From Ramazzottius varieornatus (taxonomy: Eukaryota; Animalia; Tardigrada), in contig BDGG01000004.1 of the NCBI GenBank assembly GCA_001949185.1, forward strand, positions 77,282 to 141,281: a stretch of 64,000 bases of DNA, given 5' to 3'. The first letter of the stretch is position 1; each line of letters starts with the position of its first letter. The position numbers and the translations under genes are program-made. Of this stretch, positions 12,381 to 23,543 are shown one piece after another. Under the pieces are notes generated by a model, which saw only the letters and a program-made list of their open reading frames with translations, did no database searches and had not been told where the DNA came from.

Positions 12381-13584
12381 ATGGATCTCACTCGGTGTAG
12401 TTTTTCTCGTGTTTATTTGCGTTTCGCGATTTTCGCTCTGATCTTTGGTTTTATCGATGCACAAAGTGAGTTCTAGTTTGCAATATCATGTTAAGATTTC
12501 GCAGCATAGGTTCGTCGTTAGATTTCGTTTCTGGTGGCTCTTGATTACATTCATATGTGAATCCCGATCTTGGTAAACTGATACGTTACTGTAATCGTTT
12601 CTAGAAAACCGCGTTCCACAAAAATGGACTGATGGCATCGTACCTTATAAGATAAGCAAACGTTTCGGTAAGCTATTGATCTTGACGTTTGGTTATTCAA
12701 GGACTTCCATCCTAGCTGCTCTGCCATGATTGCGAGTGACTTTGGGTGATTGCCTGGAAAATTAATCATTTCCTTTAATTTCTCGTCCACATTTTGGTTC
12801 TCGGGTTCCACATTTGATGTATTTTCAGCACCCGCAGAACTCAAGCTCATTCTGGAAAGCCTGGCGGTGATCAGCGAGAAAACATGCGTCAAGTTCAAAC
12901 CATTCAAGGGCGAAACCAGTTTCATTCAGATCAGCCTAGGAATGCAGTAAGTCGTCTTCGCCATTCAACGCACTCAGTTTTTTGCGACGTCAACAGGTTG
13001 ACAGTCCCGTCAATACTTTTGCGAACGCGTTTTGTCGCAGAAGTGAAGAAAAGAAGATATGATCGTTTGCTCTAATAATTTTTCCTGCACAGGTGTCAAT
13101 CAGCAATTGGGCGGACAGGTGGCGCTCAGTCGCTCTTACTGGCGCGGAATTGCCTCAATCAACGAAGCATCCTTCGCGAACTGATGCACGTTCTGGGCTT
13201 TAATGATGAGCACCTGCGCAGTGATAGAGATCAGTTCATCACCGTTAACCTGAATAACGTGGGAGAAGGTACCAGAAACCGAAAAAAAAGATACAAAAAA
13301 TTGATATGTTGCGACCGTCATTTGAAAAACTGTTTCTTTTTCTAACAGGAGACCGGATTTTTTTCGAGAAGCTGTCTGATCAGGAATTACCGCGCTTCGG
13401 TCTACCGTACGATTACGATTCGGTTCTTCAGGTGCCGGCTAATTGGAAGGTTGATCCTAAAGCCTCCCCCAGCGCAGTCACCATCGTACCCAAGGCTGGA
13501 AAAGGAGTGAGCCAACTGGGGCGTTCTCAAACCCTGACACATCTGGACATTAACAAGATCAGTAGTTTGTACGGCTGTAAGTAA
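12381..13584 (+). CDS. Secreted astacin-like (M12A) protein with degenerate zinc site; exons 12381-12465, 12605-12667, 12829-12946, 13093-13268, 13349-13584 (~225 aa)
   Basis: Signal peptide, then KWTDGIVPY, KTCVKF, CQSAIGRTGGAQ, RELMHVLGFNDEHLRSDRD, YDYDSVL, DINKISSLYGC. All splice phases are compatible. Confidence 0.88.
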
Positions 13585-14196
13585 ATAAAGTGCTATCCGC
13601 AACACAGCTTGTGTGCTGCTTTCCGTGGTGAGTTGGTTAACTCTGCCCCGTGTGTAGCGGTATGGTTGGACGCACGGCAGTTACATGTCCGGCGGTTAGT
13701 CTTTTTCTCGGCCTTGTCTTGCACACAGTATAATGATGCCTGGATGCAGAATTATTGCTGAGGTTTTTCCCTCAATGTCAATGTAAATTCGGATGAATTC
13801 CGCGATATGACATGCTGATTACAGTTCGTGTGGGAGATTTTTAAGCTCCGTCGTGGTTACCTAACATTTGATTACCTTGAAAATATCGAAGGTACAGTCA
13901 CCATACGTACGCATCGGTCCGTGAAATAGGTATCCGCTGAGCTGCGCAGACGCCGCAGAGATGGAGCAGGTTCAGCTTGACGAATTATTGCAGAAAATGG
14001 TCAGACTTAACGTCAAAGCGTGGATGATCATTTCAGAAATTTTTGACCCAGCCGAAGGTTCGCCGTCCAGGAAACCAATTCAGTTTAGATTTAGTGCGTG
14101 TTTCGGTTGCTGCACCGATATTACAAATTCCAGACGAATGTGTTGTGTTCTGTTATATTCGTGAACCATCTTATGCGTCACAGGTACAGGCCGATC

Positions 14197-17100
14197 ATGA
14201 AGCCAACTTTACAAGTGATTCTCATTGTGAATTTGTTATTCTTTGCTGGGATAAACAATGTTCTGAATTTTCAACCTGTTGATGGCAAGATGGTGAATCT
14301 GTTGTTTGTGGCTATGGGTCTACAGGTGTCGGATCCGCAGACGAAAATGATTGGGACGTATGGTAGAATAGTTGATGATATGGCGGCGTCGTCCCCAAAC
14401 CTGTTTCCACTGTTTTCGTTTCGGTATCTGGAAATTTCAAATGTCCCTTCATGCTCAAGTTCCGTGATCATAGTGCTTGAAAAGATATGGAAATACTTGC
14501 AAGACCCGGCGAACCGGGAAAGCCTGACAGTAATCCTACTTACAACAGGTACACGTGCCTGGCCTAAATNNNNNNNNNNNNNNNNNNNNNNNNNNNNNNN
14601 NNNNNNNNNNNNNNNNNNNAATCGAAGCAGAGTCGCTTTCGCTCCGTTCCCCACATTTTTGTCCATCCCCACATTTAGGCCAGGCGCGTGTATGTAAAGT
14701 GGTCTGGGAAGTAAGCAGTGTCGAGCTCAGGAAGGCGCGCCTCGAATACACAAAGCCGTTTGTTTTTCTTCAGAGTGTGAGTCGCTCGTTCAGGCAGTAG
14801 CGGACATTGCGAGAGGTATACCGTATCAAATTTCCAACTTTTCAAATTGGAACAGTTATATTACTTCGTTGGTTTCAGAGGAAGGTTTGTTGGTCGTGAG
14901 CAGGTACACTCCAGTACCATAATATTAATATAATATGTGCTATCAAAATGAGGAGGCCCGTCCCAGGCCTACAAACGAGCTTTTCTGGTATAGCTGTAAA
15001 CCCCCTCTGCGAAAAACCCCACCAGTACTGGACCTTCGATATTCCAACCTCATCACACTTTCGGCGGTGACAGCTGAGGATATGGCCGAAGCCTTCCTTG
15101 ACCTGATGGACCAGTACCACATCACCAATTTTGCACTCATTTGTACCAGCGAGTTCTCGGTTACTACCCCAGTCAAAAACGATACCGGCTCGGTATGTGG
15201 TTCTGTGCAAAGGACCGCTTCACTTCGCGACCGAGATCTCAAAGACCGATTGCTGGTGGTGTTGGTTGACTCTTCGAGCAACACGGATCAAACGGAAAAG
15301 ACGATCGCGAATATTCAGCAATTTGGCGCCACTGGTAAACTACCGTATTTTATTACGCTACTATAAAACGTGCGGGTTAATCCCGTAACGGTAATCAAAA
15401 ATGCAACTGTTCCATCGTCCCGTAGTGATCAGCTTCGCAGGTGCAACGGAAGTTGCTGTGAGAATCATCTCGACCATAAACTCGTCGCACTTGGGCGTGA
15501 AAATTATCACCATAGTCTTTCCTTTCCTGAACAGCACCACGCTGCAATGGACAGTGGACCCTTACTGGACGTCTATGGTGAGCTGGGTAGACGCATAAGC
15601 TTCTTGAATCAACCAACAAACGCCAAACTCTGTTCTCCAAAACCAGCAACCTTTCCCTACAGGCAAGCATCACGCCACCGGGTCTGTTGAATCGTCTATG
15701 GTTCATGGCGCCGGAGTACAATCGGCGAGCTGGAGGCAATAGGTACCTATCGGGATTTCAATATCACATACGCCAGGGCTTATGGGTTTTGGAAGAGGTA
15801 AGTTCTGAAGTCTGGTAACCCACAGACTTTTATTAACTATACAGTACATTTTTCCCGCATAGGTGCTCAATGAGGAACTCTTGACCTCTGGAGAAATATC
15901 CAGGAACGCTCTGGATCACTCAATAAAAATGCGCAATCGAACCTACTATAGTTTTGCGGATGGTCTTTATGTGAACAGTCAAGGAGTCAGGGAGCAAAGG
16001 ATACTGTTTCGGACTCTGAACAGTTCCTCCATGACGTTCACAGTACATTTCGATTGACAACCGTTTTTTCATCGACTAAAACTCACAGGAATTTTTTTAC
16101 AGACCGTTCTGGCTGTTTCAAGTGGGAATGCGTATTTTGTCGACAGAAGTCCCTGGAACCGCAACGATAGTTTCCTAATACCTGATTCTCATCGATCGGA
16201 ACCGACGACCGTTTCAGCCGTCGCGAACAACAGAGCTGGTAATAACACATCGTTCGAGCTCGGTAATTTGGCCCTTACAACCGTACGGGGTTTCTGCAGG
16301 AGTTCCTACGCACATCCTGGTCATCATCATCACCGCGTCTGTTGTCGTACTCTTCATTATCATCTTCGTACTCATTTGGTAAGCGTGTAACTTCTTCATT
16401 GTTCCCCTAACCTTCCCTCTTTTTAGCACGGCGTGGTTAGTACTTCTGTTTTCCTACAGGAGGAAACAGACTTCGACAAGTCAAAATAAAGTGTGGCTGA
16501 TGCCGTCCGACGAGGTCATGGTGCAAGGAAGCCAAAAGATGACCGTCGGTACCTTCACGCTACCTAACACCAGCCCACTGAAAATCGCCGCCTTGATTTA
16601 CAAGAAACGCGCCTGCCATGGTTTCGCTCTCCCTGCCAGCTTCTGGACCAGTCGAGATGTGAAAAAGAACAAAGCTGCCATATGGATAATGAAACGGGTA
16701 CGCAAGACGTGCAAATGAACAATCAAGCCTTTATCTGAAACGCCGAAGAACCCTCTCCTGCTGTTGCTGTTTCAGATGATGTCGCTTGACCACGCAAACA
16801 TTTCAAAATTCTACGGATTATTATGGCACGCGCCCCACCCAGAATATTATGATCATCTGCTGCTTGTATGGGGCTGTGGTGAAAGGAGCTCGTTACGCGA
16901 AGTTATTGACAATGATGACTATGCGCTCAACTGGGACCTCCGCTTCTCAATAATCTGGGACCTCATCAAGGTTGTTAATCCATATTATCCATTTGGTTAT
17001 ACATTTATTTTCCATGGGTTACATAGGCTTTGAAGTACATTCATCGTTCGTCGACCATCACGGCTTTACGATGTCACGGCATCCTCAACTCGTACTTGTG

Positions 17101-19893
17101 CTGTACACTTGACAAGAACTTTACGTTAACGGTCAGTCAAGCCAACGCTCTGGTGCTGGCCGGCTTGCTGATGGACGTGGCAGATCGCGACGGGAATATC
17201 CCCGACGATCCCGGCTGGATGCTGGTCCGCTTGTGGGCTGCGCCAGAAGCTTTTGTGGATCCGAAAACCGCATTGAGTCCCGCAGCGGACGTTTATTCCT
17301 TGGGCGTCATACTGTATGAGATGGCGACGCGTAATGTTCCGTACAATGTTAACCTGGCAGACGAGGAGCAGCTGAAAGGTGATCACCGTAAACCCCCTAT
17401 GATGGTTCTATGATCGTTCTGCTGATGTTATATTTTGCCGTACAGAGGTTAGTAACCGCTCGAATCTGCTGAAGATGTTCGACCCCACCACTATCGACAT
17501 TCCAAACTGTCCACCGGAACTGGCAACCATCATCCGCGCTTGCTGGGCCAGAAAACCGTCGGATCGGCCTACGATTTCAAAGATTGTCTCAACTCTCAAT
17601 AAAGCCTACCCGCAGCGTGAAGGCCTAACCCTCGAAAAGTCTCTTATGGAGCGCCTAATGCACTACAGTCAGGAACTTGAGGCCCTGGTGAATGAACGGA
17701 CCACGGCTTTGCTGGAGGAAGCCAAAAGAGTCGACGCACTTTTACTGGAGATGCTGCCGGGGTACGTTCTTTGAGGCATCGGTTGCAGAAACCCACTCTT
17801 GTGAATTTCAATCCAAACTGATGTTTTTCAACATCAGAAAATCAGAAGCACTCATGTACGATCGAGGTACAGGACATAATTCGGGTATAGCGATTTTTGC
17901 ACCATGCAGAAGGAAAAATTTCGCAACAAAAGGGAGAACGTTTGGGTCCACCAAAACAATCCTCAAATAAGTCAGTCGAATTTGGGAGTGTGGTTGCAAA
18001 CGATGAGCAACATGAGTCATTCTGAAAAGCGAAGGTTACCAAAATGAGAAAACTTTTTTCGGTGAAAGAGTAACGCTGCACTTGGCGCAAAACATCGTTA
18101 CTGGACTGTAACTCCAATTTTTTTCTTTCGAGGTGGTGACCTTACACAGTAGTTTTGCGACCTTACCTCTCTGGGATTCTTTTTCAATTGTAAAACACCG
18201 AGTCGAGTTGAGTTCGTGGAAAATATTTTGATGGATCCCCAGCTAACTCGACCGTTCTCGATGACCAGTGGTCAGACGAACTTACCATGTAGCGCACCAC
18301 ATTCCCCGCCCAGAACCATCTGCTTTAGCATCAGCGACGTGTTCCGTGCACTCGGAACCCAGGTAGAACAGATTGTCGTCTAGTTGGGGGGAGGGGGTTC
18401 TGCTACCGAAGTCTGAAGGTATCTGGTCAACCCGGTGCTTTGGACCGCATACTTAAACTGTTTTTCTAGGATGGTGGCTCGGAACCTGCGCCGGTCGATC
18501 CCGGTTGACCCTGAGCACTACCGTTCTGTTACAATACTCTTCACCGATATTCCCGTGCTGGAAGACCTGGCCAAAACTGTGTCGCCTTTCAAGCTAATAG
18601 CCATCCTGAACGATGTGTACACGGCTTTTGACCTGGCACTCCGTGGCTACACCGTGTACAAGGTCGAGACTGTTGGCCATACGTATGTCGTAAGTGTGAG
18701 GTCGAATTTGGTGTTGCTGATGAATAAACACGTTGAGCAACACGCTAATTTGCGCTTCCAGAGCACCAGGTGGGAAAATCATTTTCACCTTTCATTAACT
18801 GGTCGAAACCGGGGTGTCGCTAAATAGAAGCAATCGCGACCCTTTTAGTTGGCAGAAATTTGGTATAATATAACGTACGGTGCCCCATCTATCAACTTGA
18901 AACGGCCAATCTTCATATTGTTTTGCTTGGCCACCGGACAATTCATTTCTTGAATTTGAAACATTTGCTAGATGCGGAAGTATTTGGACTCAGGCCAGAA
19001 GAGTTTTGGTGACACTGGCTCAACGAGTGCCTGATTGAAAAATAATTTGCTGGCAAGGACGAAATTCCAATCGAAAACGGAACAAAATTCCAGACAGTTT
19101 TGCAGATAGACTCTTCATTGGCTGCTAGTTGTAATACATAGTATTGATAAGAAGGGAAATTGATTCTTCAGGCAAAGGGAAAAACAACGAGCAGCAAACA
19201 TTATACTGAAATTCCGCCATGTACATATTATATTTGTGTGATACAGCAAAGTGAGTTTTCCACCCGGTGCTCAGGGTATAAATGTTGACATCGCCCATCT
19301 TTTCTTCTCGAAGGTTGCGAGCGGAGTTCCGGCGATCATTGGCAACCGCCATGTGATCGAAATCGCTCTACTGGCCTTGCGACTAATGGAAGCACCTATC
19401 AAATCGCACGGCCACCATCTCACCGTCCGAATGGGCGTGTACAGCGGCCCCGTAGTGGCGGCAGTCATTGGGCTAAAGCTACCACGATATTGCTTGTAAA
19501 TGCCTCACCTTATGTTTCCAGGTCCAGATTTCCATTTGTGTTCACTAATTCATAGAATCGGCGACACGATGAATATGGCCAGCAGAATGATGTCCCAGGG
19601 TGAAGGTACTCGGTATTCGAGCACAACAGATAGCCTGGAATGGCGGCAGTTTACATGGAGTAACCTGCAATGTTTCTGTAGACGGGAAAATTCAAATCGG
19701 CGAACCGACGCACTCTCTGCTTACCATGTACCCCAATGTGGTAACGGTTCCCCGCGGAATGGTTCACATAAAGGTCGGTTACTCACTGTCAGCATGCATG
19801 AAATATTACACTGCAAACTAATCCTTCACATAGGGGAAAGACTGGGTTACCACGTACTGGCTGGTGTCGGCTCAAGCATCTCTGAATCTTTGA
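14197..19893 (+). CDS. Receptor-type guanylyl cyclase-like protein (signal peptide, ectodomain, TM, kinase-homology domain, coiled coil, cyclase domain), multi-exon
   Basis: MKPTLQVILIVNLLFFAG signal peptide; TM ILVIIITASVVVLFIIIFVLIW (~16310-16378); LWAAPE/ADVYSLG/CWARKPSDRP pseudokinase; YSQELEALVNERT...LLEMLP linker; VTILFTDI, VYKVETVGH, GLKLPRYCL|IGDTMNMASRM, GKDWVTTYWL. A 50-N gap lies in intron 1. Confidence 0.9.
14552..14690. mobile_element. Tc1/mariner-type MITE (TA target duplication) spanning the first N gap
   Basis: TA|cacgtgcctggcctaaat ... atttaggccaggcgcgtg|TA: 18-bp TIR with one mismatch and TA on both sides. True length is unknown because of the gap. Confidence 0.7.
17866..17904 (+). 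repeat. Dispersed repeat; second copy inverted at 59766-59804
   Basis: ggtacaggacataattcgggtatagcgatttttgcacca matches the reverse complement of 59766-59804 at 37/39 positions. Confidence 0.75.
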
Positions 19894-20116
19894 GGCATGA
19901 CATACTGTCCGGTGCCCAAAGTGCACACAGTACTAAGCAACAACAGCTAAACGAGACCGTTCATTACTCATTAGCCGGATGTTATTAAAGCCGAACTCTA
20001 CAACAAATTTTACTACTGTTTGCGCTTCATTGTGGTATTTTTCCTCGAGACTTACAGTTAGCTGTACTTTTTCACCTTCTTATTCCTGCAATAACATTAT
20101 CACTGTAATACCAAAG

Positions 20117-22122
20117 ATGCCAACATGCCCACATGCAGGGAAGCTCGTGTTGTTTTCTACCGTACTTTACAGTATCTGGATATAGGAATCTTCCGCCGAG
20201 CCATACTTGGTGTCGAACATTAAATACCTACCCAAACAGTGCTACCAGTGTGTGACAGTAGTTAACGAGCAGAACCAAGTGGTTACAAAGAAAGAACCCG
20301 CAGAAACCAAGTACTGCATTGCCGCTAATCGAACGTTACTGAGCCAGAACGTGACGACTTGTCGACGAAATGAAACCTGTACCGTCTACATCACTCGGAT
20401 AGGGACCGGTACGAATAACGGCACCACCCCACCAGCACGCGGATATCAGTGTAAGTTGAGTTTTGTGTAAGCGCCAACGTGGTTTTGGTCAATGCATACA
20501 GTAGTGGGTTGTTCCTACAGATGCGGTGCAACGCGGTTGCTTTGTCTGGGATAGAGGAGATATAGGGGAGGGAACTGTCCATGGCCTGACAGAAAACTGT
20601 ACACCACGTCAGACGATCGGTGACGGAAAGGCACCGTTCGTCGGATGTTATTGCGAGACGTGAGTTTCAAACTATCACCACAGCGGTATGAAAATGTGTT
20701 GAACTGGTGGTCGGACTTGCAGAGAGTTGTGTAACGATTGGACCTTCACCAGCCTTAAGAAGAGATTCAACGAGAGCGGATTATATCCCGCCCTATTTAG
20801 CGATGCGGATTACCCAGCTGGCCCGATTCGAGTTGATTAAAAACATGAATCTAGCCGAAGTAAGGTCAGCACCCAGCAGTTCTACTTCTGTAACCGTACT
20901 GCAAAGCCTTAAATTTTGGATGGAACAATTTTCGTTGTAGTCGAAAGCGAGTACTGCTTCAAGTGCACGGCACAGTTCCAGGATCCAAGTGGATATCTGC
21001 TCGAACCTGCCACCAACTTCACCCACCCGGCATGTGCGCTGAACACTTTAGAAGACGTCAAGGAGTTACAAACAAACCTGCTGTATCGCGAAGTATGCGA
21101 GTATGATCAACAGCGGTGTGGTGCTGAGCTGATCAAGTGGGGTGACGGAGCCACGCGCAAGTCCATTACAGTAAGTCCATGTCTCCGTACAGCGAATAAT
21201 GCGGCTGAAGTCGAGATGCCCAATTACTCTAGTGAATCCGTAATCTGATCCGATCTGATCTTAGATATGCTTTCCCGTGGATGTGTTAGTAAGGACATAG
21301 GAAAGAACCGTTACGCCGAAAAGGGTAACTACTTTGAGCTGGACTCCAAGAGCCTCAAGGCTTCGCCGCATTTCGAAAACGCCTGTTCGAAAAAGATCGA
21401 AGGTCCAAACAAGAAAGGGGAGGAGATACAGGTTTGCTCTATAGACTGATTACTCGAATTGAGCTGAGTGACGCGTGCCACGCACCACTCCACTCTCTAA
21501 GAGCGTTGTCTTCTGCTTGAAGAACTGTGTCTGCGATTTTCATTTCTGCAACGAGTGGTCACTGGAATCAATGCGATTTCACTTCTACGATCCCGCGTAC
21601 AACTTGGGACCTGCTGCACAACCTAAGGCGACCGTCTCGAGCACACCGCTACCCCCAACCACACCTATCCCTACGACTAATGCCACCTCCGAGACTACCA
21701 CAACCACCTCCGGGACCACCGCAACCACCTCTGAGACTAGCGCAACCACCTCTGTTACCACAACTTCCGTGCACACCTCAAGTGAATCCAGGTCGCGGGC
21801 GAACCCAACATCCCCTGTTCCGGGTAAGCTCGAGCGGTGAACCAAACGGCAGATTCGCTGCTTTCTTCTCAGTTTAATTTTCGCCACAGATGATGATGTA
21901 ATCCACGAAATACGCACAACTACAAGGGCTCGCAGACAAACTTCAGAAAAGGCATTCCAGCTCAACGTGGATGGCGACAGCATCTCAACCCCGAAGCCGG
22001 AAGAGAAGTCTGGCAATGGACTGCTAACTGGGCTGGCAGTAGGTGGAGCGATAGGTGCAATAGCGGCAGCTGGGGGTGGTTACTACATTTGGAAAAAGAA
22101 GAAAAGGCAACAGGTTGCTTAA
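20117..22122 (+). pseudogene. Type-I membrane protein with two Ly6/uPAR/Quiver-like domains, Thr-rich stalk and TM; two in-frame stops (probable pseudogene)
   Basis: Domains CYQC...QRGC...CYCETELCNDWTF and CFKC...SRGC...CVCDFHFCNEWSL; T/S-rich stalk; RARR; TM GLLTGLAVGGAIGAIAAAGGGYYIW followed by KKKKR. In-frame TAG at 20183-20185 and TAA at 20838-20840. Confidence 0.7.
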
Positions 22123-22303
22123 ATCTTCTTGGTTTCGTTTGTGCAACACTCCATTATGGAAGGTGGTAAAATGAAACACACCTTCCGTCCAATTCGTGGT
22201 CCACCCAGAATGCCCAGCGTCACCAGGAACTAGAATTTTGAGCCTGTGGCTTCTTTACAGTACGGGGTAGGATTCGTTTGGCTGAATATGTTCAAAGCTC
22301 AAT

Positions 22304-23149
22304 TCAGGAGGTCCGAAGAACGAACCCAGGTCCAAACTCCAAGGCCAACAAGACTATAGTGTAAAGCAGTAGCGCAATAGTCGCATGTACTGGTCTTGCC
22401 AGAAGCTCGGCAGAGGACTTCACATCGACTGCGTCGGAGGATGCTTTAGAAGGAAAGCCAAGACCAACTAGAGTTCCGTTGGTCAGTCTCTGCATTCCAG
22501 CGTAAGAGTTGCAGTTTTCCTGGCTGCAGATACAACTGGGCCATTTATTTTGTGCAGTCCGACCCATCAAACAGTGCCCTTCGTTGATAGGTGCATCTCC
22601 TAGTCTAGCAACGTAACAGCTTCGCTTGACCCGTGCTTCTGTGGCGTAAAAAGTGAGTATGACTAATGAAGGGGATGCTGCATGGTCAAATGGGAAGATG
22701 TCTGACGTCATGGCGGTTACCTGCTATCTTGTCCTGCGGAACGTCGAACTGAGCTTGGCATAGCAGCTTAACCTTCCCCTCCTCTTTAGAGAGGCCCAAA
22801 TGGCTGTAGCAGTCAACGGAGTACTTCGACAATCGCACTACGGGATTAACGTCTTCGATGCCAGGCAGACAATCCGCTACGTTAGTGGACTTTGAGGTCA
22901 GGTCCAAGTTCGACCCTGGGTAATTGCTGCACACAATGCATCTCCCAGCTGGAACAGCACAACAATACAAAGTAAAGCGAGTCCGCAGGGAAATACGTTG
23001 CACAGCCTGGCGTTAAGACTCAAGGCCGTCACACACATACCGAAAACGACCGGAAGCGGTGATATGGCCAGTACACGGATGAGAGATTGCAATGTGGTCC
23101 ATTTGTTCGAATCCAGTGCCACCAAGACATCGCGACATCTTCACAACAT
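22304..23149 (-). CDS. Single Ly6/uPAR/Quiver-like domain protein with GPI-type hydrophobic tail; start codon region appears damaged
   Basis: GRCIVC...DC...C...C|...KRSC...C...CICSQENCN, then TIALLLYTIVLLAL; two GT-AG introns. The only ATG in frame with the signal-like segment (23149) is followed by TGA at codon 3. Confidence 0.7.
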
Positions 23150-23543
23150 CGTTCGTGTTGGCCTCGTTTCGTTCTATCAATATTACAAAACAGACGGGGC
23201 ACGTACTACAAACTGTCTAAACATACTGGGCATTGGTAATACTCGCTCTCTGACATCTAATTTCCAGTTAACATGCCGTTCTCCATCTTTGCAGGAGGAT
23301 CGCTGAGCAACTGTCTCGCGATAAAGAACGTCCGATTACATCGTATCGGTACAAGGGAGATTAGTGTTTTTGTGTTTTATAATAAGTTAGCTTAGCTGCA
23401 GTACTTCAGAGCCATGCTGTAGTAAGCCTTCCATGAAGCCACATTCATTACACACACAGTGGTCTACGCAATGTCGTATGGTGGGCGTTTTGTGCTTTTG
23501 GAACTTTGAACTGAAACCAAGGGGGAGTGAATGATTTCAGGAC

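Noticed and set aside
19893-20117. Operon-like polycistronic arrangement suggested by short same-strand intergenic gaps (also 53835-54285)
   Set aside because: Short gaps are expected in a compact genome, polyadenylation-like hexamers are present, and trans-splicing cannot be shown from DNA alone.
20183-23143. Stop-codon reassignment as an explanation for in-frame TAG/TAA/TGA in the LU genes
   Set aside because: All three stops terminate conserved genes normally in this window (astacin TAA, TANGO2 TAG, D2HGDH TGA), and the kinesin exons I traced have no internal stops.
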